Positions 36,598 to 48,636 of a DNA stretch of 64,000 bases are shown here, piece by piece (the stretch's first letter is position 1; each line of letters begins with the position of its first letter). A model generated the notes under the pieces. It worked only from the letters and a program-made list of their open reading frames with translations, ran no database searches and was not told where the DNA came from. The stretch is from Octopus sinensis (lineage: Eukaryota): the NCBI RefSeq assembly GCF_006345805.1, contig NC_043001.1:80910001-80974000 (forward strand), written 5' to 3'. The position numbers and the translations under genes were made by a program.

Positions 36598-37772
36598 CAT
36601 AGGCGGAAAACTTGGAGAGTGGCTGCACAACTTCCTAAAAGACAGAAGACAAGCAGTTGTGAGCAATGGAGCCACCTCCAAGGAAACACAAATAACAAGC
36701 GGTGTTCCACAGGGCACTGTCTTGGGGCCACTGCTGTTCATAGTGGCCCTTTCAGACATGCCTTCAGTTGCTACGATGGCCACCCTTGCTAGCTATGCAG
36801 ATGACACAAAAGTCTCCCATACAATACAAAACCCTGAAAATATTGCGCATCTGCAACAGGAGTTGGATAAAATATACAGGTGAGCAGAGGACAATAACAT
36901 GCAGTTTAATGCAGGTAAGTTCCAGGCCCTGCGCTACCGGCACACAAAGGTAAACGACGTGCAGACTGGATACCCTGGCCCAGGAAGAATTGCAATCCCT
37001 GAGTCAAAATCAGTGCGTGACCTAGGCATTGACATGAGCAATGATGCATCTTTCCAAGTGCATATTACTAATCTGGTGATAAAATGCAGACGGATTCTCC
37101 GAACTTTCAGAACAAGAGAGAAAGAGACACTGACGGTCCCCTGGAAAACATTCGTCCTCAGCCGCTTGGACTACTGCTCCCAACTATGGTCACCACACAA
37201 TATAAAACTAACAGCAGAACTCGAAGCAATTCAGAGAAGCTACACAAAGAAGATCGTCTCAATGCAAAATATCAGCTACTGGGAAAGACTGAAAGTATTA
37301 AACCTCTTCTCCCTAGAGCAGAGGCAGGAGAGATATGTGGTGATATACATCTGGAAAATCCTGGAGGGTCTTGTCCCAAACTTTGGCATTCAAAGTTACC
37401 CCAACCGCAGAATGGGACGCCACTGCATGGTGCCAAAGATTCCAACATCACCATCAAAATACAGGACCAGATGCTGCAACAGCTTGGGTTTCAGAGGACC
37501 ACAGCCTTTTAACATCCTCCCTAAATGCCTGAGAGACTTACATGGTGTGGATGTGGGTTTCTTTAAAACTAAACTGGATCTCTTCTTGTCGGGAGTCCCA
37601 GATGAACCTACCTCATGACAGGAGACACAGATGCGGGCAGCAGCATCGAACTCCCTTGTTGATCAAGTGCCACGTATCAGAGGTGGATTCACATATTAGT
37701 GTAGCTCATTCAGAGGTGGTGCCCCAGCATGGCCGCAGCCTTCGGGCTAAAACATTTTTAAGGATTTAAGGA
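36598..37772 (+). mobile_element. 5'-truncated CR1-group LINE (RT domain and C-terminus of ORF2 plus 3' UTR)
   Basis: SGVPQGTVLGPLLF, YADDTK, VRDLGI, LDYCSQLWSPH, YWERLKVLNLFSLEQR. One frame throughout, broken by TGA at 36881 (expected W) and TGA at 37616; likely true stop at 37697-37699. Tail GGTGGTGCCCCAGCATGGCCGCAGCC...AAGGATTTAAGG. Confidence 0.93.
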
Positions 37773-37934
37773 ATCTTTGGCAAAGTTCTTATAATTTCTT
37801 AGTGGTAGCCATGTATAGTACTATTTCATCCTTTTTAAGAATCTCCAGCATGACTTGATTTGTAAACTTGTTAATTAGATATATAAAGAAGACATTGCAG
37901 TAATAATTACATGCCCTAAATTTTCTAAACATGT

Positions 37935-37965
<31 letters not shown>

Positions 37966-38614
37966 ATTTTGAGCACATTCAGGGCTTTGCTATTTCCCTT
38001 TCACTTAATCTTTGTATACACTCCATCATGTTCTTTATGCACACTCTTTTCCCCCACACTCTCTCCTCCACTCTTGCTCATACTCTCTCTTTCTCTGTCA
38101 TACATGTACACACATACACTACACACACACACATACACAACACATATACATACACAACGTATCTACACACATTCGCAATATCTTTATTGATGCTATTATT
38201 ACTACAACTATTATTGTTCCTTCCTCAGTTGCCCTTGCGACTATAAGAGAAACCACTACCACCACCATCGTCATTATCATCATCATTAATACTATCATTA
38301 TCGTTGTTGTCAGTTAATTTTTATTTTGTTTTACGGTTTCCACTTGAAGAATTTTTACTTGGCTGCAATGTTTGGCGACATTTAAACTACTCACCAAAAT
38401 TCGTTTGGCCAATAATTAGTTTTACCAGCCGTTTTGTAAACATTCAGTAGGCTTAAGAACTGACAAATTAAAAACTGCTAAATGGTCTTCTCACTTGTCT
38501 TGACATAATATAATATAGTTCTAAAAGACTGTTCACTGATGTGTTAATATTGTTGTTTTCTTATGGTCATCGATTTTCATCGATTAAATAATAGCTGCTT
38601 ACCTACCTCGCTTA

Positions 38615-39325
38615 ATGGTCAATCTGGGTGTTGGCGTTGGTGATGGTTGAGAATAGTTAATCCATAGCCAAGCAACTCTACTAAGTCCACCATTTAATGG
38701 TTGATCTAAGGGGCAGCAATGGTGGTGTTGGTCAAGAGTTGTTAATCTAAAACCAAGCCACTCTACCATGACCTCAGCTCAATCTGGTCCTCTGGTCAGT
38801 CTAGGTGCTGGCAGTGGTGATGGTCAAGAATTGTTAATCCAAAAGCCAAGTTACTCTAGTGTGTCAATTGCTTGATGGTTAATCTAGGTGGTGGTGGTGG
38901 TGGTGAAGAATTGTTTATCCCAAACCAAAAGACTTGTTAATTCAAAGACAAGCCACTCTACCATGTCCCCTGCTGAATCTAGATGTGGTCAAGAATTGTT
39001 AATCCCAAAGCCACGTCATTCTAGTGTTTCTGTTACTTAATGGTTAATCTCGGTGCTGATAATGATGGTGGTTGTGGTTGAGAATCCTAAGCAAAACTAC
39101 TTTACCGTGTCCACTGTTTAATAGTGAATCAAGGTTGTGGTAGTCAAGAATTGTTAATCCAAACCCAAGCTTAATGATCAGTGCAGGTGATAGTAACAGT
39201 TTACCCATAGCCAAGCTGCTCTGCTATGTCCACTGCTTAATGGTGAGTCTAAGTGGTGGCGGTGGTAGTTGTGACAGTGGAGGTGGTCAAGAATTTTTAA
39301 TTCAAAGCCAAACTGCTCTATCATG
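38615..39325. repeat. Degenerate ~80-90-bp tandem repeat, ~9 units
   Basis: Recurring GGTCAAGAATTGTTAATCCAAAGCCAAG..ACTCTA..ATGTCCACTGCTTAATGGTTAATCTAGGTGGTGG. Confidence 0.8.
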
Positions 39326-39499
39326 TCCACATCATCACACCACACCAAACTACATTGCCATGTCTATCTTGTATGTGTGTGCGTTGCTATTTTATTAAAG
39401 TTAGTGATCCATTTCAACTTCCGTTTATAAGCTTATTTCTATTAGGTTGGAATATCAGTGTGGTGGAGGGCAGTTCACACATATGCATGTACATATATA

Positions 39500-41411
39500 G
39501 CTCCAAGCTATATACGTGTGTTGTGAGTTATTTTATATGTGAAAATTGAAAAAAGACGGTTAAAAGTTGTCAAAAATTGAATCGCGCGAGGCGTTTTGCC
39601 GCTGCGTGTTTGAACCTTTTATAGAAGGTGTGTCGACCCTCAAGTCATGGAGACTTACGCGGGGGTCGCCACAACAAAAGTGACGAGTCTCTTAGAATAA
39701 GAGAAGTGTTCTTTAGAAAGAACAATTGAAGGAATACGAGAAGTTCGTCAAAAGGGAGGGTGACAGCGTGAAGCTGGTCCCGCCTGTGGAAACAATAGAA
39801 GAGAAAAATAACATCACGATAACGTATAGAACGCAAGATAGAAACACGAGAAAACTGGTGAGAGTGACGATTGAAGAAATAGAGAAATGTCTGGGGACAT
39901 CATGAAAAAAGCGACTTTTGTAGACAGAGGAAAGAAATATGGTACGGTGGAGGTGAGATGCGCAACAAAGGAAGTGGCGGCCTCATGGCTTCCACTGTCC
40001 TGAAAGCGGAAAATTTCACCATGTGGCCGACGTATAAGGAAGACGAGGGGTACGGGTAAGAGTCCCAAAGGTACCCCCAATATTAAAACAGAAATGCTGG
40101 TAACAGCCATTATTGGAGCAGCAAAAGAGGAAGTAGAAATAGGGTCAATTAAGGAGACGAACGTTGTAAATTGGAAGGGATTCGGAGTCGAGTTGTGGCT
40201 GATGGCCACAATTGAAGACATCGAAAGATTTCCCTTCCAAATAGAAATAGAAAACGAAAAAACAATTAGTGTAATAGTGGAAGGCAGAAAACCGAATTGC
40301 TACCTGTGCGGTCAAGAGGGCACATAAAAAAGAATGTCCGCTGTATGAATTCACAGCGGAGCAAAAAGAGACACAAAGTGGAGAGAAGGAAAACGAACAC
40401 GAAGGAAAGAACAGCGAAAACAAGGAAAAGGAAATACGGAGAAACAACAAGAGAAGGGAAGTAACAGCGCACTGAAGGAAAATGAAAACAAAGGGAAGAA
40501 GATAGTAGAAAAGGAGCAAAATTCACAGGTGCAGAAGTAGAGGAGAAGGAGCCAAGGCAGAAGCAAGAGAAAGAAAAGGAAAGTACATTAAAGGAAAGAG
40601 AAAAAGCAGGAAAAGAACAAGAGAAGGAACAGAACCAAGAGAAAGGAAAAGATGGTATGCAAAAAGGAAAAGAAACAACAGGAAAGGAACTTAAGGCACA
40701 GGGTAGAGAGACGGCAGACAAAGAGTCAAAAAGACAAGAGAAGGAAAAAGAAAGAAGAGAAAGCAAAAAGAGAGAAAGAGAGAAACCGAGGGAGGAGAAA
40801 AAAGAGGAAGTAAGTCCTAAGAGAAAAACTAGAGAAAACGCAGGTACGAATAGAAAATTCAAATACTATGGAACGTTGATCCATCACAAGCACTGTGAGG
40901 AGATGGAAGATTTAATAAGCGAAACAAACGGATATACGTGGGTCAGGATGGGCACCGAATGGAAAGAAACAGGTGCACTCGTCCACGAGAACGACGCCGA
41001 GGCGTTCATCGAGGCAGCTGGCGAGAACGTGTTAAAACATATGAAATGCCGCCTTCCAAGGTGGCCTCGAACGATGGAAGTTTACTCAGATTTGGTAGAC
41101 ATAATGGAGTATATATAAAAGAAAAGGTATTGTGAAAACTTTAATTTGGAAATGATAAAAGAACTTTAAATTCGGAAAAAAAAAAGAAATGTTGAACTTT
41201 GTAAAACTTTTTGAAATGTATGTTGAAAATGTATAAAATGTTTTATTTGAAAATATTGTTGACGAACAAAATTAATTGACGAAATGTAACCGCTCGATTT
41301 CGGGGATCGAGTGGGCATTGCACCACATTGTACAAATTTCATAATTCATTATTCATTTTCCCGATTGTATTGTCCCATCTATGTAGCCCCTAGTGGGTAA
41401 TAATAAAACAA
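39500..41411 (+). mobile_element. ORF1-only L1/Tx1-like non-LTR element (HAL1-like), apparently full length
   Basis: CpG-rich island in CpG-poor DNA, bounded by direct repeat CATGTACATATATA (39486-39499 and 41412-41425). It has a ~150-bp 5' UTR, ORF1, and a ~290-bp 3' UTR ending AATAATAAAACAA. No endonuclease/RT sequence seen. Confidence 0.7.
39647..41118 (+). pseudogene. Retroelement ORF1/Gag-like protein (RRM-like region, CCHC zinc knuckle, K/E-rich linker, unknown C-terminal domain), frameshifted as given
   Basis: Manual reconstruction with ten -1 indels gives ~493 aa: METYAGVATTKSDESLRIREVFF...TMWPTYKGRRGVRVRVPKVPPNIKTEMLVTA...SVIVEGRKPNCYLCGQEGHIKKECP...(K/E-rich)...KYYGTLIHHKHCEEMEDL...DIMEYI*. 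CX2CX4HX4C preceded by 'V.VEG.P' is typical of L1/Tx1 ORF1. Confidence 0.75.
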
Positions 41412-42064
41412 CATGTACATATATATATTTATATATATATATAATATACGCTGTGCAATCATGTACATAAGCACACATACATGCATAGGTACCAATACGA
41501 TGTATTCACATATGCACACCCCACAGATACTGATACAAAACTCTACTGGACACACACATATATACACACATGAAGATGGGTACATACATATACCTACACA
41601 TAGTCCAGTCTCATTTAATATACACAGGTTGTAGTATCACTAATGCGAGTTGATGAAATATTTTAAGATAACTTAGCCATGTCTTTCACAATTTGTCTGT
41701 AAACACTGACAACAAAAAATTCATAAGTTTTTACCTTTGTGTAGAAAATGCTTCTCCCCAACATTTCTTTATTTGCAATGAAGGGCCTTAAAACTTCTTT
41801 AGTAATAATCAATGAAAGTAACATCAACAACATCCAACTTGTTCTCTTCTTGCTTTTTACAACAGTAGAGTTGGTTTTGTAGTGGATGATGGTTGCAGTT
41901 GGAATTTAAGGTGTAGGATCTTTCTGCTGCTTGTGTCAGAGTGATTTCATATTTTTGTATTTTCTTTTATTTTACTATCATATGTCTTGTATTTTTACAT
42001 ATTATTGTAATTGTTCTTGCTGTTGCTGCTGCTATTATTATTATTGTTGTTGTTATTGAAGACA

Positions 42065-42585
42065 ACAGAACTGTTAGCATTTTGGGCAATTAGCTTAATG
42101 GCATTTCTCCTGTCATTATGTTGTGAATTCAAATTCTGCCGAGGTTGACTTTGCTTTTCATCTTTTTGGGGTTGATAAAATAAGTACCAGTTAAATACTA
42201 GAGTAAAATGCTTAGTGGTAAGTCTACATTCTGAGTTCAAATTCTGATGTGGCTGACTTTGCCTTTCATCCTTTCAGGGTCAATAAGTACCACATGAGCA
42301 CTGCGGTCAATGTAATCAACTAGTCCCCTCTCCCAAAATTTCAGGTCTTGTGCCTTTTGTAGAAAAGATTATTATTATTATTAGCAGCAGTAGTAGTAGT
42401 ATTAAGGCAGCAATGTAGCAGAAGCAGTGTTACATCGAGCAAAATGTTTGATGGCTTTTCGTCTGGCTTTACATTCTGTATTCAGATTCTTAAGTACCAG
42501 TGAAACACTTGGGTCCATGTAATCGACTAGTTCCCTTCCCCACAAATTTTGTGCCTTTTGCAGATAGGATTCTTCTTCTTATTAT
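42065..42585 (+). mobile_element. Cluster of ~3 partial copies of the same SINE family
   Basis: Repeated GTTGACTTTGC.TTTCATC.TTT..GGG and ...AATTTCAGGTCTTGTGCC. Confidence 0.75.
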
Positions 42586-42650
42586 TATTATTTCCCCAAC
42601 TTCATTCTGTCAATTTATTCTAAGCTTTGTCGTCATATCTCCGATAGGTT

Positions 42651-42688
<38 letters not shown>

Positions 42689-42742
42689 AGTGATTGTATT
42701 TGTCTATGGAATTTGTGTATATCTTCATACATACTTGTTCGT

Positions 42743-42776
<34 letters not shown>

Positions 42777-43383
42777 ATGTATGTCTAGGTGTATTTTCAT
42801 ATTTTGAATTTATGTACGCATTTACATGAGTGAGACATTCTCTTCATCTTTCTAAAAGTTGTTTAGGCATGTGTTCTTGGCTAATGCAGTATGCATCCTT
42901 GTATGCATGTGGCTATTATAATGACAATAACATTGGTGATGATAGCGACCGTAGTTGTGGTAGTGATTATGATGGTAGTGGTGTTGGTGTTGATGATAGT
43001 AATGATGATTATGGAGACGGGAGTGGTGATAGCAATGATGTTGACGACAAAAACTAAACTTCAACCATTTATGGATTTTTATTAAAATACTTAGTATTCT
43101 AATATTTTTTTTCTTTCTACCTTTTGATTAAGGTATTTTAGTTTTGTTTTCCAATTTATTTTTTAAAATTTAATTAAAAAATACAACAAAAAAAAATCAG
43201 AAGATTCTTTGATGAACGAAATATGTTTTATCGTTTGGTCCTTTGAGAATTACGGTTTTTGTTCCTGCCAGAAAATAACAGAAACCTAAAAAAAAAAACC
43301 CTAAAAAACAAAAGGTAGAAATGCACAAGACTGCAAGTGACAAACCATTGCTTTTTATGTTGTTGTTGTTGTTATTGCTGTGA

Positions 43384-43415
<32 letters not shown>

Positions 43416-46400
43416 TTTTCTTCAATTTGAGACAAGCTATTTAAAAGGAAGACATGTGATGAAAGAAAATTTCTAAATCTTAAGTCATGTGTGTGTGTTT
43501 GTGCGTGTGTGTCTTTTCCTCGGTTCAATTTGAAATCAGAAGAATATTTAGAATTTGGTTTGTGGTTTGCAGCATGCAGCATCATTTTCATCGTCTGTGT
43601 GTGTAGAAAGTGTTCCTGGGAATTTGTTAACTTGATTGGATCAATGGATGGAAATGTTTCTATGATTAGTTACTGTTGACAACAGTGATGATGATGACGA
43701 TGATGATGATGTTTGCTGAAGTGATTATTATAAGGATGATGCTGTCAAAGAAACTTTTAGAATGAAAGCAACAGAACTAAATTCTTTACTGAAATCTAAT
43801 ATCTTTCAGATATTTTTTTATCTTTCAGCTTTTACTTGTTTCAGTCATTAGGCTGTGGCCATTTTAGGGCCATGCCTTGAAGGGTTTAATAAAACAAATT
43901 GTCTCCAGTATTTTTAAGTTTGTTACTTATTCTATTGGTCTTTTTTGTTGGTGGGGGGACAAACACAGACACCCCCTCACATAAATATATATATATACAA
44001 TGGGCTTCTTTCAGTTTCTAGGTACCAAATCCACTCACAAGGCATTTGTTGGCCCAAGGCTATTGTAGAGGATACTTGCCCAAAGTGCCACGCAGAAGGA
44101 CTGAATCCAGGGCCATGTGGTTGGAGAGCAAGCTTCTTACCACACAGCCATGGCTTATAAAATTTGTTCTGATGCTTTATATCCCAAGTTCAAATCCTGT
44201 TTAGGTCAATGTTGCCTTTCATCCTGCTAGGGGTCAGTGAAATGAATCACCAATCAAATACTGGGGTCCAAGGTATCAGTTAACTTCTCTTCTCCTGAAA
44301 ACTGTTGGTCTTGCAACAAAATCTGATACCATTTAACTATGTATCTAAGGTGCAGATGTGGCCATGTGTTTAAGAAGCTTGCTTCCCAACCATGAAGTCT
44401 TGGTTTCAGTCCTACTGTGTGGCACCTTGGGTAAATCTACTTTTAGTCTTGGGCCAAGCAAAGCCTTGTGAGTGGAAGGAAACTAAAAGAAGCCTGTTGT
44501 ATGTATGTATGTATGTATGTAATTATGTAGTATGTATATGTACATATATGAATGTGTGTTTGCATGTACCTTTCTATAGGCATTATGTGATACTTGTAAA
44601 TGAATATCATTGACATACAAGGTTATTTGGTTCCAAAGTGAGGTTATTTGGTTCCAGCCTCTCTTGAAAAAACATGCAAGGACATGGAGAAAATATTGGC
44701 TTGCTTGGAGAGTAGTGAATGTTGCCAACAGGAAGGACATCTAGGTGTATAAAATCTGCCTCAACAAATTCTGTCTGATCCATGCAAGCTGGCGAAAATG
44801 GTCATTAAATGATGATGATGATGATATCCACCAAAATGTGTCTCTATTTTTAGTTTGTTTGGTTTACTTCCATTTTTGAGCTTCCAGCTCTCATTTTCAT
44901 TCATTTCTTTAGTTGTCCAGCCATCTTTGTATGACAGTTAATTTGTCACAGAGATGAGTCATGGCAATGTGTCAACATATACTCCCATTGCTCACCTCTA
45001 TGTTTCTTTATCAGTCTTCTGCTTCTAACTATCTATATTCCTCCTCAACAACCTAATAATAATGCAGTCGATTGGAGAATAGTTACCAAATCATCTGGGA
45101 AGTTATCTGAAATAGACTAACAGGCTAACCATCTATCTTGATCAGGAGGTAGTGGTGGTGGTGGTGGTGGTATGGATAGAGAATATACCATTTATTTCTT
45201 ATCTACTAAATATCATAAGGCTGAAATTAAGCAACGTTCCCCTGGTAATCAACTAATCCATTCATGGCCATTAAAAGAGCTACACAGCTTTATATTCATT
45301 TATTAGTTCATATTTATTGATATGTTTAGCTTCCAGCTAGTGATGAATTGATTTATGTATCCATCTAGGATAATAGGTGCAGGCATGGTTGTGTGGTTGA
45401 GAAGTTTGCTTCCCAACTACTTAGTTCTGGGTTCAGGCCCACTGCATGATACTTTGTATTATAGTTTTGGTTCAATGTCTTATGAGTGGATGTGGAAAAT
45501 AGAATTGAAAGAAGCACATCGTATATAATTATATATATTTATATATATATATATATATATATATTTACACACATGCACATACACACACAATGAATATTAA
45601 TATATAGGGATAAGTTACCCAGGCGGGTATGCAGCAGAAACATATAATTATGCTGTATAATTAACTGTTGAAAGAAAAATTTGAAGTTGCACTAGTTTCT
45701 GTATTCTTTGTAATTGATTGTTTTGGATTTACACTCTTGAATAAATGTGTGTGTGAGTAGAAGCGAGCAATGGAATATAAAGAAGAGCAACAGAATAAGT
45801 GCCAGCCTTTAAAAGATAAGTACTGGGTCTGATTTGTTCAATGAAAACCCTTGAAGGTGGTGCCCCACCATGGCTCCAGTCCAATGACTAAAGCAAGTAA
45901 AAGATAGATGTGTGTGCATGCGTATGTGCATGTATGCATCTCCTCTTGACATCATGTGATAGTTGCAAATGGGTGTTACTGACATAATAGGCTGTATCAC
46001 TCATTTCTAATATTTTGCTGGAACATGTCTAGCCAAGATGAGAATTGGTGATAGGAAAGGCATCCAGCCATAGAAAATCTGCCTCAATAAATTCTATCCA
46101 ACCCATGCAAGCATGGTAAAGTGGATATTTAAAATGATGAAGAGGATCTACATGATCAGATCTTCTTAGCTATCAAATTTGCTTCAAATTACAGTCTAAT
46201 GGCTTTAAAAAGAAAGTAAGAGCACATTAGGTAATGTAGTCTTATATATGATATGCCTGCACAATCAGAGCTGACTTGGGGCTAAAAGGTACAACAACAA
46301 CAACAGAATGACTACAGCAACAACAACTGTTACTATGACAACAGCAGCAGCAACAAGGACAACAGCAACATATATGTATATATTGTGGTATGTTTTCAAA

Positions 46401-47102
46401 TATCTGGTTGTGTGTCACCAGTGTTGAGATTTGATTGGCTCAAAACTTTGCATGCCAAAGATCTGACACTATCGCTTACTAAACAATACTAGGCTAATGA
46501 ATGGTTCAAAAGAAACAACAAAAGTATAATTAATTAACAAGCTAGTTAAGTTTATAGGTCATCACCACTGTTACCATAGCCATTCATAGCAGCAGCACCA
46601 CCACTGCAGGACACATCATGAATGCCGAGATCATGATCAAACTTTTAATTAGGTAGTATGAGGAAGGAGAAAGAGAGAGGTAATGGAAATGACAGGAGAG
46701 AGAGAGAGAAAAAAAGAAAGAAAAGTAAGAGAGATAGCAGAAGGCAGAAGAGACAATGAGAGAGTAGGAAAATAAAAGAGAGAGGTGTAAGTAAGAGGAT
46801 GAGAACAAGAGATAAATAATAGAGAGAAAGTAAAAGAATGAGAGAGAATGGAAAAAACAAATAGTTGGAGAATGAGAATGTGAGAGAAATAATTAAGACA
46901 AAGGAAAGAAGAGACTAATAATTGTGAGAGAGATGCCAACAACAACAACTGGAATAACAAGTCAAAAATTAATGTAAGCAACAGCAAGTTAAGTCTGAGA
47001 CAAATGAATCACAGGAAAACCATGAATAATCTCAGAACAGGACTGGAATAAAACAATAAATAAAACTGTGTGAAATAATAGCTTGGAAGTTTTTAGATCA
47101 CT

Positions 47103-47280
47103 TTAACCTTTGTGTTGCCATATTTTTGTTGAAATATACTTATGTTGTTTCAATCAATTTTTGAGGATAATGAAGAATTTAGTAAAATAACTTTATCACT
47201 AAATTGATATTTAGAACATAAATTAACATGAAATTTTGAGGGAACAATGTTTTAATTTCAATCACTTAAACAATGGAACT
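47103..47280 (+). mobile_element. TTAA MITE (family of 11580-11938), 3'-truncated
   Basis: TTAACCTTTGTGTTGCCATATTTTTGTTGAAATATAC...AGAACATAAATTAACATGAAATTTT. Confidence 0.7.
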
Positions 47281-47308
47281 GAATGTAGACTGGTGGAAAG
47301 ATAATATA

Positions 47309-47513
47309 TGAAGGACTGCTGAAAAGTTCCTGGCTTGAAGGGTATTTCAAAAGGCTTGGTCTCAGGCCCAGGCTTCCAAGTTCTTTTACAGGGCTTAGAA
47401 AAACTGAAGGACCGCTGCAATAAGTGGGTGAATCGGAGAGGGGAATATGTTGAATAAAGCCATAATTAACTGATTCTCATGTATTATCTTTTACCCAAAG
47501 CCAGAGACTTTTT
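47309..47513 (+). mobile_element. Mariner-derived non-autonomous element
   Basis: Left end TA-TGAAGGACTGCTGAAAAGTTCCTGGCTT and partial right TIR AAAGCCAGAGACTTTT. Internal LQGLEKLKDRCNKWVNRRGEYVE* is a mariner transposase C-terminus. Confidence 0.75.
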
Positions 47514-48600
47514 GTCTTCCGTTATCTTGTCAGATGATAGTCATCTCACATTTGGTGTGGTTGTTCTGATTTACTTTCATCCTTACATGTGTGCAGATGT
47601 AACTTTTCACCAGACGTCGAAGCCCATAGGGGCTTTATAAAATATAAAACTGATCCAGACATGAAATGATATGAGACACCTGTATGTGATTGGATTTAAG
47701 CAACAAAAGCTTGTACAATACTCTTGCCACTCCTTCAATGACCCGCGCTATTTTTATTGCAAGTTTAATGTCTGAGTATCTTTCAGCTGGAAGAGCTGCT
47801 TTCCCCACAGCTTTGTCAAAAATAGCAAGAGCCCCCTATACTCCTGGGCATTCTGTTTGGGACCCTGACAAATACTAATTTTCTGAATCAGAACAAATCT
47901 GGGAGATAATTAAGGGGTGACTCCACTCTCTCCTCAAATCCTAAACTCCCAAATTGGCACCTCTTCACTGAATACAGTTTAATGTCATGTTCAGGACATG
48001 TTTACTCCCCCCCCCCCACACACACACATTGAAGTAAGCAAACAGATTGTAGACAAACAGTTATGTAAGAATAAAAGTAAAGAGTGACAGAGGCAGGCTT
48101 AAGAGGTGGGCACTAGAATTGTGGTGTTCGAAGACCAAAAGAGATACAATGTGCTAAATCCATTAGATGGATAAAGTAGAGGAGAGGGGATTGATTTGAG
48201 CAATAAAGGACAAAAAACAGAAAACAAGACAAGGAGAAGGTGGAGGAGAGCGATGGTGTCAGTAGAAATAAAATGACGCTCGATGGGGTGGGGAGGTGGT
48301 AAATATAGTGGTCAATTGAATGTTGAATTATTAATTAGGCTTCAAGACATCGTTGTCATATCTGGCTCGTTACTGACTCTCCTTCATTTCCCCCTGCTTT
48401 GCACCACACTTTCCATAATTTGTGTGTGTCTGTGTGTGTGTATTGGCCCTGTCTGGATTGTTTGTATGGGCCATCATCTGTACACGTTTAACCCTCTTCA
48501 GAAAATCCATTCCCCTCACATATGAACAGACACACCCTTACATTCTCAAGAGACTGGCATTGACAGATGAGCAAATGCAGATATGTATTCACAAACACAT

Positions 48601-48636
<36 letters not shown>

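Noticed and set aside
38615-39325. CRISPR-like repeat-spacer appearance (also the 9.2-10.4-kb array)
   Set aside because: Eukaryotic context, degenerate repeats, homologous spacers, no cas genes.
40145-40862. Minus-strand hydrophobic F/S/L-rich ORFs resembling membrane proteins
   Set aside because: Antisense shadow of the purine-rich K/E linker of the retroelement ORF1.
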